Positions 20,137 to 31,836 of a stretch of 64,000 nucleotides of DNA are shown here, in pieces; the first letter of the stretch is position 1, and every line of letters starts with the position of its first letter. Source of the stretch: an uncultured Chloroflexota bacterium (GTDB lineage Bacteria > Chloroflexota > Dehalococcoidia > GIF9 > AB-539-J10); NCBI GenBank assembly GCA_903884455.1, contig CAISEW010000037.1, positions 80,161 through 144,160 on the forward strand, read 5' to 3'. The translations under genes and the position numbers were made by a program. Below the pieces are notes generated by a model that was not told the origin of the DNA, searched no databases, and saw only the letters and a program-made list of their open reading frames with translations.

Positions 20137-21750
20137 CTACAACTCCTCCTCACTAATCCTGGCTCCCATTTCCAGAGCAGCTTTAATTACCGGGTTTTGT
20201 GTCCTTGTCTGGGACGGGATTTCCCTTTTAGAATCAACTAAAATACACCGTATCTTATAGGGCCGACCAAAGACCTCCTGAAGCTTTTTCTCCACCAGAT
20301 GTCGATATTTAGCGTCTTCGATTTTCTCCTTATGGAAGGAATAATAGAAACCTAACACTAGTGTATCATCTTCAAGAGCTACGGGGTCGCAGGCGCTACG
20401 CAAAAAAGCATCCAAATTGCCACTGGAACCTTCCCCTCGCAAAGATTTAATGAACTCCCTCCAGCGGTCACGGAGGTAATCAATGTCCTGAGAAATCTCT
20501 TTGCCGGGAACCTCAGTCCCGACTCTGTCGGGGTTCAGTGCTGCAGGAACCTCGCTGGGAGCCTCAATGCTATCCAATGCCACAGGAACCTTAGCTTCCT
20601 CTAAGGACTCGGTTATCTCAGTAGCATCCGCTACCTCCGAAGGTTTAGTTGTAATTGGCTGCTCTTGTCCCGCGGATGGAGACAAAGCACAACCCAGTAA
20701 AGCCAATTCTAAGGACAAAGCGGAGTAATTATCACTGCGAAAATCTATGCTAGAGAAAGACTTAACTGCCTTAAGCAGATAATCCAGGGTAGCATTGGTC
20801 GCCAGGCTTCTCATTTCAACTAAGTCTTCACTGGTGACATCCAGGGCCTCTTCGCATTGAGATTTAGCCAGCAGTAATCCTCGAAGGTATTCTATCAAGC
20901 CCACATTAAACTGATGAAGGTCAATACCATCGCTATTGAGGCTATTTATGACTTTTAGCCCAGCAGCCACATCCTTGCTGACCACACATCGTGCTAGTTG
21001 TCTAACCCGTGAATCCCAGCCAATGCCCAGCTCCGCTTGAATCTGGTCAAGCTCAATTTGGTTGCCATAGTAAGCAATCATCTGTTGTAAAATATTTTCA
21101 GCATCTCGAAGGCTCCCGGTAGCAGCACGAGCAATAAGCTCTAAAGCACCAGGCTCGATGTGAATCCCTTCCTTCTTGCATATTAGCTTGAGTTTATTCA
21201 TTATCTCGGTTTGCTGCAGGCGATGGAAATTAAACCGCTGACATCTCGATATTATGGTGGCTATCACCTTGTGCGCTTCTGTGGTAGCTAAAACAAAGAT
21301 TACATGTGGCGGTGGCTCCTCCAATGTCTTCAACAAGGCATTGCAAGCCGCCTCGGTAAGCATGTGGACTTCGTCTATGATGTATACCTTGTAGCGAGCA
21401 AGGCTAGGGGCGTAATTCGCCTTTTCCCTCAGGCTGCGGATTTCATCAATGCCACGATTGCTGGCGGCATCTATCTCTATTACATCCAGAGCCCTGCCTT
21501 CAGTGATTGAACGGCACATATCGCAGGCATTGCATGGCTCACCATTTGCTTGATTAGGACAGTTGACTGCTTTGGCTAAGATGCGTGCCATGCTGGTTTT
21601 GCCTGTACCTCGTGGACCGCAAAAAAGATAAGCATGAGCTATTTTCCCACCCTCCACAGCATGACGCAGAGTCTGAGTCACAGGCTCTTGTCCCAGCACC
21701 TCACTTAAGGTTTGTGGCCGCCACTTGCGGTAGAAAACCTCAGAACCCAT
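20137..21750 (-). CDS. dnaX: DNA polymerase III subunits gamma/tau
   Basis: 537 aa; Walker A CGPRGTGKTS; clamp-loader zinc module (CNACDMC); conserved dnaX-ybaB-recR order. Confidence 0.9.
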   Translation of the reverse strand: MGSEVFYRKWRPQTLSEVLGQEPVTQTLRHAVEGGKIAHAYLFCGPRGTGKTSMARILAKAVNCPNQANGEPCNACDMCRSITEGRALDVIEIDAASNRGIDEIRSLREKANYAPSLARYKVYIIDEVHMLTEAACNALLKTLEEPPPHVIFVLATTEAHKVIATIISRCQRFNFHRLQQTEIMNKLKLICKKEGIHIEPGALELIARAATGSLRDAENILQQMIAYYGNQIELDQIQAELGIGWDSRVRQLARCVVSKDVAAGLKVINSLNSDGIDLHQFNVGLIEYLRGLLLAKSQCEEALDVTSEDLVEMRSLATNATLDYLLKAVKSFSSIDFRSDNYSALSLELALLGCALSPSAGQEQPITTKPSEVADATEITESLEEAKVPVALDSIEAPSEVPAALNPDRVGTEVPGKEISQDIDYLRDRWREFIKSLRGEGSSGNLDAFLRSACDPVALEDDTLVLGFYYSFHKEKIEDAKYRHLVEKKLQEVFGRPYKIRCILVDSKREIPSQTRTQNPVIKAALEMGARISEEEL

Positions 21751-21967
21751 ATGCTCTTATTATACACCCCTCCACCCAATCCCCAAAGGAGATTTTTGTG
21801 CCAAATCACGGGTAAAATATCAATTTTTACAGCACACACAGCGGCTTATAGTACAAGGGCGTAAAAGTAGCAGAATTTCCCGCGACAGAACTCGATAGCG
21901 GCGACACTCAAGGGCTAGCTGCAGTTGCCTGATTTATCAGGCTTGGGGCACCGTGTCCTTAAAAACT

Positions 21968-22450
21968 CTATTTGTTGGCTTGCTTCTCAGCCCAATTACC
22001 TGCCAGGGGAACCTTCCACATCTTGCCCTGGTACGCCAGAAGTATGAGGGCAATCCACAAGCCGACAGTTATCACCCAGACAATAATGCCCAGGACATGT
22101 GCAAAATTCCATAGCCCGAACGAAAAGAGAGACACTGCGATGGCACCAAGGATCGACAGAATAATCTGAACCACAGTCAGCGCACCAAAGGTTATAATGG
22201 ATTGCCAGGCATGGAATTTAACAAATTTACTCTTCTTCTCCAGCACTACGAATATTATTCCCGTTATCCACCCCGCCACGTAGCAAAGAAGCCCGGCTAC
22301 ATTGGCTGTCATACCTGTGCTACTCTCCGCTTCTGGTTTAGCTGCACCTTCAGTCGGCTTCACCGCCGCACCAAGTCCAGCGCCGCACTTGGAGCAAAAC
22401 TTAGCCCCCTCAGGATTTTCCGTACCACATTTAGAGCAGAACATATTCAC
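21968..22450 (-). CDS. zinc-ribbon domain membrane protein
   Basis: N-terminal CSKCGTEN..CSKCG zinc ribbon followed by 3-4 predicted TM helices. Confidence 0.5.
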   Translation of the reverse strand: MNMFCSKCGTENPEGAKFCSKCGAGLGAAVKPTEGAAKPEAESSTGMTANVAGLLCYVAGWITGIIFVVLEKKSKFVKFHAWQSIITFGALTVVQIILSILGAIAVSLFSFGLWNFAHVLGIIVWVITVGLWIALILLAYQGKMWKVPLAGNWAEKQANK

Positions 22451-22511
22451 CTCCTTGCATTAAATCTATATTACATATTACGAATATGTCAATAGCCTGA
22501 GACTCCGAAAC

Positions 22512-23108
22512 TCAGCCTAAAATTGTCAAAACACCCTCGCGAATCATCTTCACCGCAATAGCAGCTAAAAGTAACATAACTATTTTGGATACAGCGTTCG
22601 CGCCGGTACGTCCTAAGAAATTTACAATTCGGTCAGCTTGTTTGAAAAGTACCCATTGTATCGCTAGATTAAGAATAAAGGAAGACAGCACAATGGGGAT
22701 ACGATACTGGCCAATAAGCAATAGCAAGGTAGCAAGTACCGCTGGCCCGACAACCAGAGGAGTGCCCAAAGGTACAACGCCTACCGTCTCAGAGGCTGAT
22801 AAATCCTGGTTTTCTACAATCTTACCGGTGATTAAATACCTGATGGCCAAAATCAGCAAAATGATGCCACCAGCCATTAAGAAATCAGCCACCTCAATAC
22901 CCAAAAGCGAAAAGATAGCTTTGCCAACAGCAACAAATCCCAGACCTACACCAAGGGCAGTAAGTGTAGCCAAATTTACTGTCTGTCTACGACGCGTAGC
23001 CCCTACTTCTTGCGTCAAAGCAAGAAAGATAGGCAAATTCCCCACGGCATCCATGGCGAAGAAAAGAGGGACGAAGGTCAAAGCTAATTCTCGAATAATC
23101 TCCATCAT
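22512..23108 (-). CDS. MarC family (UPF0056) integral membrane protein
   Basis: 198 aa polytopic membrane protein; N-terminus LTFVPLFFAMDAVGNLPIF typical of the MarC family. Confidence 0.65.
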   Translation of the reverse strand: MMEIIRELALTFVPLFFAMDAVGNLPIFLALTQEVGATRRRQTVNLATLTALGVGLGFVAVGKAIFSLLGIEVADFLMAGGIILLILAIRYLITGKIVENQDLSASETVGVVPLGTPLVVGPAVLATLLLLIGQYRIPIVLSSFILNLAIQWVLFKQADRIVNFLGRTGANAVSKIVMLLLAAIAVKMIREGVLTILG

Positions 23109-23212
23109 CCCACCTGAAATCCTACTTTCTCAATTCTCAACTCAAATCCGTTTATAATTTAGAGTTTAGGTTTTGTATTTCCCCAAAGGGGCTAAAGCTG
23201 ATTTCGCAAGAT

Positions 23213-25639
23213 TTAATTCTGCCGGAACACCCAGGTGGCCGAAGCTACACTATCATCTTCGTCTAAGCCCATTAGCCTGGCTCCCCGTCCGTTCCTGCTT
23301 TGGATTGAGACCTGCTCCATAGGAATGTTCACCACGTTGCCCTTGACTGATAACATCACTAGGGAGCCTTGTGAGGAAACAAGCTTGGATACAGCTAGAT
23401 TACCCGTTTTCGGGCCAACCCTATAAGCCCTCACTCCCTTGCCTCCCCTATTGTGAACAGGATAATTTTTTATCGGGGTCAGCTTGCCAAACCCTTTTTC
23501 GGTCACTGTGAGCACATAAGCGTCGGGAAGGACAATGCCCATACCAACAACATAATCATCAACAAGACGAATGCCACGAACACCGCCACTAGTTCGAGAC
23601 GCAGTCCTCAAGCCTTTGACCTTAAATCTAATGGCCTTCCCATTTCGACTCACCAAGATGGCCTCATCTTCATCAGCAACTACACCGGATGAGATCAGCT
23701 TATCTTTATTTCTGAGCCCCATGGCAATAATGCCATTCCTCCTTATCGAAGCAAATGCGCCCAGGGTAGTCTTTTTTATCCCGCCACCCTTAGTAGCCAT
23801 TAATAAGAACTTGTCCGAAGGAAAGCTTGCGATGGCTAATAACACAGTTACTTCGTCTTCTAGGTTAACAGGTAATAAATTAACTAGGGCTATCCCCTTG
23901 GCAATGCGGGAGGAATCCTCGGGAACCTCGTAGCACTTAAGACAGTAAACCTTACCAGCGCTGGTAAAGAAAAAGAGATTATCATGCGTGTCGGCGACCA
24001 AGATATGGTTCACTGTATCGCCACCACGGGTTACCATTCCCATGACGCCTTTTCCGCCACGGTGTTGCAGCCGATAAGTGCTGGCAGGAATTCTTTTAAT
24101 GAACCCCTTGTTAGTCAAGGTAACTATCATTGCTTCATGAGGAACCAGGTCTTCCGTACGAAATTCTTCGATTTCCTCTGCTTTCACTACGGTTCGCCGA
24201 GGATCACCATAATTGGATTTAAGTTCCTCAGCATCCTGGGCAACAAGTGATAATACTTTCCGAGGATTAGCTAACAAATCCTCAAGATAGGAAATATTTT
24301 TTATCACAGTGGCATATTCCTCAGTTATTTTGTCTTGCTCTAACTTAGCCAATCTCCGAAGCGGCATATCAAGGATAGCTTGCGCTTGAATCTGTGACAT
24401 AGTAAAAGCTGCCATTAAATTGGCACGAGCGGACTCTACGGTTTGAGACTGTCGAATAATCTTTATTATTTGCTCCAGATTGTTTAGGGCGATTCTGAAG
24501 CCCTCGAGGATATGAGCCCTATCCTTGGCCTTATCAAGTTCAAACTGAGACCTCCTGGTAATGACCTGAAAACGAAAGTCAATGTAAGAAGTTAGCGCCT
24601 CTTTAAGATTAATTACTTTAGGTTGTCCATTAACCAAAGCAACCATATTGATGTGAAAGGCAGATTGCATCGTGGTATACTTGTAGAGGTTATTAAGTAC
24701 CTGTTGAGGTTGTGCTTCCTTTTTGAGTTCGATAACAATGCGCATGCCTTCCCTGTCCGACTCATCACGCACCTCGGCTATCCCCGAAATTTTCTTCACT
24801 TTAACCAGCTCGGCTATCTTCTCTACTAAAGCTGCCTTATTTACCTGATAGGGAAGTTCAGTAATAACTATTTGTCTCTTGCCCGACTTGGTAGTCAGTT
24901 CTTTGGCTTTAGCTCGAAGTATAATTTTTCCTTGCCCAGTAGTATAAGCGTTGTCTATGCCCCCTTTCCCCCAAATTATCCCGCCAGTGGGAAAATCGGG
25001 GCCTTTGACCCACTCCAGTAGTTCCTCTACAGTAGCTTGGGGATTGTCAATTAGGTAGGCAATAGCATCACATAGCTCGCCTAAGTTATGAGGAGGGATG
25101 TTAGTCGTCATTCCCACAGCTATGCCTGAAGAACCACTAGCTAGTAAGTTAGGCAACCTGGCGGGCAGGACAGAGGGTTCCTGGAGAGAGCTATCGAAGT
25201 TGGGAACAAAGCCGACGGTATCTTTTTCGATGTCAACTAGCATTTCTTCGGCAATTTTGGAAAGGCGAGCTTCGGTATACCTCATTGCCGCTGGTGGGTC
25301 ATTGTCAACGCTGCCAAAATTACCCTGCCCATCAACCAAGGGATATCTCAGAGAAAAATCCTGAGCCATGCGTACCATGGCTTCATATATGGGGGCATCT
25401 CCGTGGGGGTGATACTTCCCCATGACTTCACCAACAATGCGGGCACTCTTTTTGTATGGACTGTTGTATCGTAACCCCAAGCCGTCCATAGCGTACAATA
25501 CACGTCGCTGCACTGGCTTTAAGCCATCACGCACATCAGGCAAGGCTCGGGAGACGATGACGCTCATAGCATAGTCCAGATAGGAGCTTTTCATCTCCTC
25601 TTCGATATCGACAGGCTTTACTATTGCGGCTTCCATCAA
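23213..25639 (-). CDS. gyrA: DNA gyrase subunit A
   Basis: 808 aa; [28 protein letters not shown]; active-site region [10 protein letters not shown]; C-terminal beta-pinwheel repeats. Confidence 0.95.
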   Translation of the reverse strand: MMEAAIVKPVDIEEEMKSSYLDYAMSVIVSRALPDVRDGLKPVQRRVLYAMDGLGLRYNSPYKKSARIVGEVMGKYHPHGDAPIYEAMVRMAQDFSLRYPLVDGQGNFGSVDNDPPAAMRYTEARLSKIAEEMLVDIEKDTVGFVPNFDSSLQEPSVLPARLPNLLASGSSGIAVGMTTNIPPHNLGELCDAIAYLIDNPQATVEELLEWVKGPDFPTGGIIWGKGGIDNAYTTGQGKIILRAKAKELTTKSGKRQIVITELPYQVNKAALVEKIAELVKVKKISGIAEVRDESDREGMRIVIELKKEAQPQQVLNNLYKYTTMQSAFHINMVALVNGQPKVINLKEALTSYIDFRFQVITRRSQFELDKAKDRAHILEGFRIALNNLEQIIKIIRQSQTVESARANLMAAFTMSQIQAQAILDMPLRRLAKLEQDKITEEYATVIKNISYLEDLLANPRKVLSLVAQDAEELKSNYGDPRRTVVKAEEIEEFRTEDLVPHEAMIVTLTNKGFIKRIPASTYRLQHRGGKGVMGMVTRGGDTVNHILVADTHDNLFFFTSAGKVYCLKCYEVPEDSSRIAKGIALVNLLPVNLEDEVTVLLAIASFPSDKFLLMATKGGGIKKTTLGAFASIRRNGIIAMGLRNKDKLISSGVVADEDEAILVSRNGKAIRFKVKGLRTASRTSGGVRGIRLVDDYVVGMGIVLPDAYVLTVTEKGFGKLTPIKNYPVHNRGGKGVRAYRVGPKTGNLAVSKLVSSQGSLVMLSVKGNVVNIPMEQVSIQSRNGRGARLMGLDEDDSVASATWVFRQN

Positions 25640-26520
25640 ATCTCAATTCCTCTTTCGCCATCTTCACCAACGACGGTGAAACCTTCAGGCAAAGATTCCT
25701 CTTCGGGGCCAAGTTCTTCTTCTTCCTCAAAATATTCGGGCTCAGACGAGGTCTCACTTTCGTCGGTGATGATTCCTCGCCTGAGAAGGCTTTCTTTAAT
25801 ACGCGTGCGCAGGTGCTCTGTAGCTTTGACAAGAAAGGAGGGACGTCCCACTTGGCTGGGATGTTGATATACCTCTTTAATAAGCACCTGCACTTTATCT
25901 TCTCCTACATTGAGAATTGCCGCATCGTATCTATTTCCACCTCGCATTAATTTAATGAGACGCAATCCTTGTCTCGGCTCCACTTCGCCCAAATATTCTC
26001 CACCCTCATTTGTCACAATCAAGTGTTGTCCTCTTGCTTCCAAGTGCACTTGGTCACCAAATCCCATCTTAGCTAAGACGTCGACCGAAGCCGCATTATG
26101 AAGATTCACCACCCCAGCCTTCCCCACCTCAGTTATGAAAAGGTCAAGAGCAACTCTTGGAGCTTGAGCTTTCGAGGTTGAAGTTTTATGAGGGTTGCTA
26201 CTCAAGGTTGCCATAGACTCTGACAAACTAGTTAAACGGGCAAGATTTTTCTTAGCAATAGCATTCTCAGGGGCAAGCTCCAGAGCCTTAAGATAGGCTT
26301 CCTTAGCTCCGTCAAAATCCCCTAACTCTGTCAAAGCTCGGCCAAGGCGATTATAAGCCTCGACATCAGAGGGAAATTTCTCAATTATGTCCCTGTTTAT
26401 TGCTTCGGCCTCCTCCCATCTGCCTTGAAGGGCTAAATCTATAGCTTCCTTGCTCAGGCGCTGTCTTAATCGAGCTTTCTCTTCTTCTTCCTGTTGGTAA
26501 GAGGCTATATACATTTCCAT
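25636..26520 (-). CDS. TPR-repeat protein with acidic C-terminal tail
   Basis: N-terminal TPR repeats ([30 protein letters not shown]); overlaps the gyrA start by 4 bp, so likely co-transcribed. Confidence 0.5.
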   Translation of the reverse strand: MEMYIASYQQEEEEKARLRQRLSKEAIDLALQGRWEEAEAINRDIIEKFPSDVEAYNRLGRALTELGDFDGAKEAYLKALELAPENAIAKKNLARLTSLSESMATLSSNPHKTSTSKAQAPRVALDLFITEVGKAGVVNLHNAASVDVLAKMGFGDQVHLEARGQHLIVTNEGGEYLGEVEPRQGLRLIKLMRGGNRYDAAILNVGEDKVQVLIKEVYQHPSQVGRPSFLVKATEHLRTRIKESLLRRGIITDESETSSEPEYFEEEEELGPEEESLPEGFTVVGEDGERGIEI

Positions 26521-26555
26521 AAAACTTATTAGTTAACGATGTCAGGCCAAAATTG

Positions 26556-27776
26556 TCAAGTTTCCTTCTCCAGCTCGAAAGCTTGATGCAGCGCCCGAAC
26601 AGCGTCCGTAACTCTATCTTCAGAAATAATACAGGTTATCCTTATCTCGGCAGTGGTAATTAACTGGATGTTAATACCATGCTCATAAAGAGCGCGAAAC
26701 ATTCTGGCAGCATAGCCCGGTGTATTTTGCATGCCAGTACCTACGATGCTGACTTTGGCCAATGTAGAATCGGTGACACATTGCTTGCCTCCCACGGATT
26801 TAACCACTGGCTCCACGATGGACATCGCCTTAAGCAAATCACTCCGAGCCACCGTAAACGTGAGATCGGTAATATTATTAATGCTGGCATTCTGAACAAT
26901 GGTATCTATACTTATATTGGCTCTCGCCAGGGGCTCGAAGATTGCCGCAGCAATGCCAGGATGGTCGGAAACGCCGACGACGGTGACTTTAGCCACATTG
27001 GTATCATGGGCAATGCCCCTTACCTTGTTTTTTACTTCCATGGAAGCCTCCTTACAAATAGTAGTACCAGGGCTGTCGCTAAAGCTAGAAGCCACTAATA
27101 TGGGCACGTTATATAACCAGCCCAGTTCTACTGCGCGATTGTGCATTACTCTGGCTCCGTAGGTAGCCAGTTCTAACATCTCCTCATAGCCAATTTCTTT
27201 CAACTTTTTTGCTTGGGGAACAAGACGAGGGTCAGCGGTATAAACGCCTTCAACGTCGGTGTATATTTGGCAGATCTCAGCACCCAGGCTAACAGCCAGA
27301 GCAACCGCCGTAGTATCAGAACCGCCGCGACCTAGAGTAGTAATATCCCTTTTCCCGGTCACTCCTTGAAATCCAGCTACAATGACAATATTTCCCTTTC
27401 TCAACTCGCTGACCACTCGTTTAGTGTCAACCCGGAGAATCCGAGCTCGACTGTAACTGGAATCAGTATGTATGCCCGCCTGAGCGCCACTAAGGCTAAT
27501 TGCCTTGTACCCTAAGCTCCCTAGTGCCATGGCTAGAAGGGTGCTGGAAACTATCTCCCCGGTGGACAGAAGGATATCGAACTCCCTGTCACTTGGCTGC
27601 TCGCTGATCTGATAAGCCAACTTAAGTAGGTCATCAGTGGTGTCTCCCATGGCCGAAACAACAACCACCACTTGACTTCCTTCGTCTTTCGCTTTAGCAA
27701 CACGGCGAGCTACATTTTTGATCTTTTCGGAATCAGCCACCGAGCTGCCACCATACTTCTGAACTATCAGTGCCAT
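26556..27776 (-). CDS. lysC: aspartate kinase
   Basis: 406 aa; N-terminus MALIVQKYGGSSV; kinase domain plus two ACT domains. Confidence 0.9.
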   Translation of the reverse strand: MALIVQKYGGSSVADSEKIKNVARRVAKAKDEGSQVVVVVSAMGDTTDDLLKLAYQISEQPSDREFDILLSTGEIVSSTLLAMALGSLGYKAISLSGAQAGIHTDSSYSRARILRVDTKRVVSELRKGNIVIVAGFQGVTGKRDITTLGRGGSDTTAVALAVSLGAEICQIYTDVEGVYTADPRLVPQAKKLKEIGYEEMLELATYGARVMHNRAVELGWLYNVPILVASSFSDSPGTTICKEASMEVKNKVRGIAHDTNVAKVTVVGVSDHPGIAAAIFEPLARANISIDTIVQNASINNITDLTFTVARSDLLKAMSIVEPVVKSVGGKQCVTDSTLAKVSIVGTGMQNTPGYAARMFRALYEHGINIQLITTAEIRITCIISEDRVTDAVRALHQAFELEKET

Positions 27777-27790
27777 CTCTTCCCCTCTAT

Positions 27791-29017
27791 TTACTCTATT
27801 AGCTTGCCCATAATATTATATCCTTCCTTGATAAAAACGCCTGTGCCTTTAGCCTCTGTTTCGGTAAATCTCTTTGCCCCACTAGCTGTGAATCCTGGCC
27901 CCCAGAGGATAAATGGAACGGGGTCAGCAACATGGGTTTGAATCTCGATCGGCGTGGAGTGGTCAGGCAAAATTAGCACCCGAATGGCATTCCTGTCCCA
28001 GGAACGAAGTCGACTCACAATCTCTTTATCTACCTTCTGAATAGCCTCTATTTTGTCCTTAACCAGGCCGGCATGGGCCGCCTCATCGGTTGCTTCCACA
28101 TGGATAACCACCATATCATATCTCACCAGTGCTTCCATGGCACCATTTGCCTGGGCAGCGTAATCATTGTTGAGATCACCGGTCACACCAGGAATATCTA
28201 ATACCTCAACCCCCGTCATTCGGGCTAAGCCTCGCATAATATCGACTCCGGATGTCACGGCAGCACCAAGCCCATAGGCCTCTTTGAAAGCTGGCATATC
28301 AGGTATTTTACCACTACCCCAAAAAAGCCAGACCATGGTAGCGGGAATATCGCCGCGTGCTTTTCGCTCTATATTCACAGGGTGGTCACGAAGCACAATC
28401 TCAGAGTGCGCCATAAGCCCTCTTAACAGGTCACTCCCTGGCCCTTTGGGAAGAAATTCAACAATAGGCTTGTCTGGGATATCATGTGGAGGGGTACAGC
28501 TAGCCAGCAGTGTATCTTCCCTCCCTTTTATTTTGCATAAATGCCTATAGCTCACGCCGGGATAAAAATGCACTTCATTGCTGCCAAGCTCTTCATTCAA
28601 AGTAGCGATAAGAGCTTGGCCTTCGCCAGTATTGATATGCCCGCAACTATAGCTCCACATCCTCCCGTTGCGCACGGCTACCAAATTGCAACGAAAAACG
28701 GCCTCATCTTCGTTAATAGGAACGCCCATACCATGAGCCTCGATGGCGCTCCGGCCCCGATAATATACCTGAGGGTCATAACCTAACACGGACATACAGG
28801 CACAAGCGCTGCTAGGTTCCATCCCCGGCGGCACGGTGCGGAGCAGCCCGACAGCACCCTCTTTTGCCAGGGCATCCATGTTTGGAGTATGCGCCAACTC
28901 CAGGCAAGTCCTTCCACCATGAGCAGCCAACGGCCAGCCTGACGCCCCATCAATTATTAAAACGCAATACTTCATCCTTGCCCCAATAATTAAAGCATCA
29001 TATAATAGCATAGACAA
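27791..29017 (-). CDS. apgM: 2,3-bisphosphoglycerate-independent phosphoglycerate mutase, archaeal type
   Basis: 408 aa; MKYCVLIIDGASGWPL N-terminus and metal-binding motifs of the ApgM family. Confidence 0.85.
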   Translation of the reverse strand: MSMLLYDALIIGARMKYCVLIIDGASGWPLAAHGGRTCLELAHTPNMDALAKEGAVGLLRTVPPGMEPSSACACMSVLGYDPQVYYRGRSAIEAHGMGVPINEDEAVFRCNLVAVRNGRMWSYSCGHINTGEGQALIATLNEELGSNEVHFYPGVSYRHLCKIKGREDTLLASCTPPHDIPDKPIVEFLPKGPGSDLLRGLMAHSEIVLRDHPVNIERKARGDIPATMVWLFWGSGKIPDMPAFKEAYGLGAAVTSGVDIMRGLARMTGVEVLDIPGVTGDLNNDYAAQANGAMEALVRYDMVVIHVEATDEAAHAGLVKDKIEAIQKVDKEIVSRLRSWDRNAIRVLILPDHSTPIEIQTHVADPVPFILWGPGFTASGAKRFTETEAKGTGVFIKEGYNIMGKLIE

Positions 29018-29018
29018 A

Positions 29019-29091
29019 CGGGGCGTAGCGCAGTTGGTAGCGCGCAGCGTTCGGGACGCTGAGGTCGGAGGTTCGAGTCCTCTCGCCCCGA
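29019..29091 (+). tRNA. tRNA-Pro (anticodon CGG)
   Basis: 73-nt cloverleaf: acceptor CGGGGCG/CGCCCCG, D-arm GCGC..GCGC, anticodon stem CAGCG/CGCTG with loop TTCGGGA, T-arm GGAGG TTCGAGT CCTCT; discriminator A; CCA not encoded. Confidence 0.9.
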
Positions 29092-29154
29092 TTAGCTCGG
29101 TAAAGAGGAGCTACCAAGGCGACACCTGGTAAGGTGTCAGCAGGTGCACGAAAT

Positions 29155-29184
29155 TTGACAGGAAATAAGTATGTAGTTTATAGT
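29155..29184 (+). promoter_or_regulatory. candidate sigma70-type promoter for asd (TTGACA-N18-TATAGT)
   Basis: TTGACA at 29155-29160 and TATAGT at 29179-29184, ~40 bp upstream of the asd ATG. Confidence 0.4.
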
Positions 29185-29225
29185 GCCCGCTTGTCCTTAA
29201 ATTAAAAACAGAGTAAAGGGAAACC

Positions 29226-30305
29226 ATGATAAAAGCTGGAATCGTAGGAGCCACTGGCATAGTTGGTCAGCAATTTCTCGTTGCCCTGAAGGGTCACCTC
29301 TGGATTCAAATTGCTGCCCTTGCTGCCTCCGAGAGGTCAGCAGGGCGCAGCTATAAGGAAGCCATAACCGATGCCCAGTCTGGAGCCTTGCGTTGGTTCT
29401 GCCAGGAGCCTCCGGTAGAGGAGGTTATGGCCATGCCCGTCCAGAATGCCGCCGAGATGGATGTCTCCGCCCTGGATATCGTCTTTTCTGCCATAGAGTC
29501 CGACCAGGCGAAGATTCTGGAACCGAAATTTGCCAGAGATAAAGCGGTTATAAGCACGGCCTCAGCTTTCCGCTATGATGAGGATGTGCCCATCTTAATT
29601 CCGGGCATCAACTCCGAGCACGCCAAATTAATTGATGTGCAAAGAAAAGCCCGGGGATGGAAGGGCTTCATCACACCCATTCCCAACTGCACCACCACCG
29701 GCCTGGTGATAACCCTAAAACCAATTTACGAATCGTTCGGTGTTAACGCCGTTATAATGACCTCCATGCAAGCCCTGTCAGGCGCAGGCAGGAGCCCGGG
29801 AGTAATAGGCCTCGACATCCTGGACAACGTTATTCCCTTTATTGCCGGAGAGGAAGAAAAGGTGCAGTGTGAAACACAGAAAATCTTGGGCAGTTTCGCA
29901 GGTAATTCAGTCAATCCAGCTAAGTTCAATGTAAGCGGCACCTGCACCCGTGTTAATGTTCGGGAAGGGCATACGGAATCAGTCTTCGTCTCCACCCAGA
30001 AAGCCTGTGAGGTGAGTGACGTTGCCAGGGCCATGAGGGAATATAGCGGCTCAGCCAACGAAGTTGAGCTGCCTTCAGCCCCCAAGCACATGATAATAGT
30101 CCATGAAGACCCGTTCCGACCTCAACCACGGCTCGACCGTGATGCTGAGGATGGCATGGCTACCGTGGTTGGGAGAATCAGGAAGGACAACGTCCTGAAA
30201 AACGGCATCAAGTACCTTCTGGTATCCCACAACACCAAGATGGGAGCAGCCAAAGGCGCAGTTCTTGTCGCCGAACTCCTTATCAGGGATGGCTATATTT
30301 CCTAA
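29226..30305 (+). CDS. asd: aspartate-semialdehyde dehydrogenase
   Basis: 359 aa; NAD-binding GIVGATGIVGQ; active-site Cys region (PNCTTTG). Confidence 0.9.
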   Translation: MIKAGIVGATGIVGQQFLVALKGHLWIQIAALAASERSAGRSYKEAITDAQSGALRWFCQEPPVEEVMAMPVQNAAEMDVSALDIVFSAIESDQAKILEPKFARDKAVISTASAFRYDEDVPILIPGINSEHAKLIDVQRKARGWKGFITPIPNCTTTGLVITLKPIYESFGVNAVIMTSMQALSGAGRSPGVIGLDILDNVIPFIAGEEEKVQCETQKILGSFAGNSVNPAKFNVSGTCTRVNVREGHTESVFVSTQKACEVSDVARAMREYSGSANEVELPSAPKHMIIVHEDPFRPQPRLDRDAEDGMATVVGRIRKDNVLKNGIKYLLVSHNTKMGAAKGAVLVAELLIRDGYIS

Positions 30306-30361
30306 GTACTCCGTCTGCTAGCCTTGGCAAGCCTGCGTTCAGGTTACCTTCTGCACTATTC

Positions 30362-31834
30362 TCATAATAATGGAGGTTTTCTCTTATGCCAGTTGGTGGC
30401 TTGCTCATAGGCGAAGGCGATGCGCAGCAGTATTTCCTCGCTGAAAGGCTTGCCCATGATTTGCATACCTATAGGTAGGTTGTCAGCGAAGCCGGCAGGT
30501 ATGGAAATAGCCGGGATTCCAGCTATGTTTATGGGTAAGGTGCATATATCGCTTAGATACATCTGCATCGGGTCTTCTAACTTTTCACCCAGCTTAAAAG
30601 GCACTATTGGCGAAGTTGGGGTGACCAGGGCATCATATTTTTCAAAGGCTTGGTCAAATTCCTGTTTTATCAGTGTGCGCACCTTCTGTGCTTTAAGATA
30701 GTAAGCGTTGTAATAACCTGCGGATAAAGCGTAAGTGCCGAGCATTATGCGCCTTTTAACCTCAAGACCGAAGCCAAATTGTCGCGTCCTCTCCGTTGTC
30801 TCGATCACATTACTGGCATCTCGCTCGGAAAAGCCGTATTTTACTCCATCGTAGCGAGCCAGATTTGCTGAGGCTTCGGACGGAGCAAGTACATAGTAAA
30901 CAGCCAGAGCGTATTTAGTGTGAGGTAGCGAGACTTCCCAATCTATTTCCGCACCGAGTTCACGTAGCTTATCTATGGCTGCTTCTAAAGCTGCTCTTAC
31001 CTGGTTCTGCATGCCCTCGACAAAGTATTCCCTGGGAATGCCAATTCTTAGTCCTTTGATGTCTGGAATTAGTTGCCGGGTGTAATCTGGGACAGGGTAA
31101 GGCACTGAGGTTGAGTCGCTGGAGTCATAACCGGCAATGGCATTCATTACTAGGGCGCAATCGGTAACATCCTTGGTTATTGGTCCAATTTGGTCGAGAG
31201 AGCTGGCAAAAGCCACCAGGCCGAAGCGACTGACCCGACCATAGGTTGGTTTAAGTCCCACCACGCTGCAAAGTGCGGCTGGTTGGCGGACGCTGCCTCC
31301 AGTGTCAGAGCCCAGAGCATAAATAGTTTCATCAGCAGCTACAGCAGCTGCTGAGCCACCGCTGCTACCTCCAGGGACACGACTTAAATCCCAGGGATTG
31401 TGGGTGGGGAAGAAGGCGGAGTGCTCTGTAGAAGAGCCCATGGCGAACTCATCCATATTCGTTTTCCCGACTATTACCGCCTTTTGTGCCTTCAGTTTCT
31501 CTATTACAGTAGCATCATAGAGAGGGACGAAGTTTTCCAGAATCTTTGAACTACAAGTAGTCCTTATCCCCTTGGTACATATGACATCTTTGATTAAGGT
31601 AGGTATGCCGGTTAAAGGGGTAATTTCATGGGCAGTTTTAATGTAATTATCGACTTTCTTTGCCTCTTTCAGAGCGATGTCTTCAACAATAGTGACACAG
31701 GCGTGAACTTTCCCTTCTATCTCAGCGACACGCTTCAGTACAGATTTTGTCAGTTCCGTCGAGGAAATTTTCCTTTGTTTAAGAAGCTTGTGTGCTTCAT
31801 GAATGGTTAGCTGGTGTAGTTCATTCGCCGGCAT
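30362..31834 (-). CDS. gatA: Glu-tRNA(Gln)/Asp-tRNA(Asn) amidotransferase subunit A
   Basis: 490 aa amidase-signature protein ([12 protein letters not shown]). Confidence 0.9.
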   Translation of the reverse strand: MPANELHQLTIHEAHKLLKQRKISSTELTKSVLKRVAEIEGKVHACVTIVEDIALKEAKKVDNYIKTAHEITPLTGIPTLIKDVICTKGIRTTCSSKILENFVPLYDATVIEKLKAQKAVIVGKTNMDEFAMGSSTEHSAFFPTHNPWDLSRVPGGSSGGSAAAVAADETIYALGSDTGGSVRQPAALCSVVGLKPTYGRVSRFGLVAFASSLDQIGPITKDVTDCALVMNAIAGYDSSDSTSVPYPVPDYTRQLIPDIKGLRIGIPREYFVEGMQNQVRAALEAAIDKLRELGAEIDWEVSLPHTKYALAVYYVLAPSEASANLARYDGVKYGFSERDASNVIETTERTRQFGFGLEVKRRIMLGTYALSAGYYNAYYLKAQKVRTLIKQEFDQAFEKYDALVTPTSPIVPFKLGEKLEDPMQMYLSDICTLPINIAGIPAISIPAGFADNLPIGMQIMGKPFSEEILLRIAFAYEQATNWHKRKPPLL

Positions 31835-31836
31835 AT

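Noticed and set aside
21751-21967. Possible SRP RNA (ffs) upstream of dnaX, as in Bacillus
   Set aside because: No GGAAGCAGC / domain-IV motif on either strand. Only a simple 7-bp hairpin (21929-21944) is present.
22585-23157. 190-aa plus-strand ORF
   Set aside because: It lies antisense within the MarC-family gene. The membrane-protein frame on the minus strand is strongly supported.
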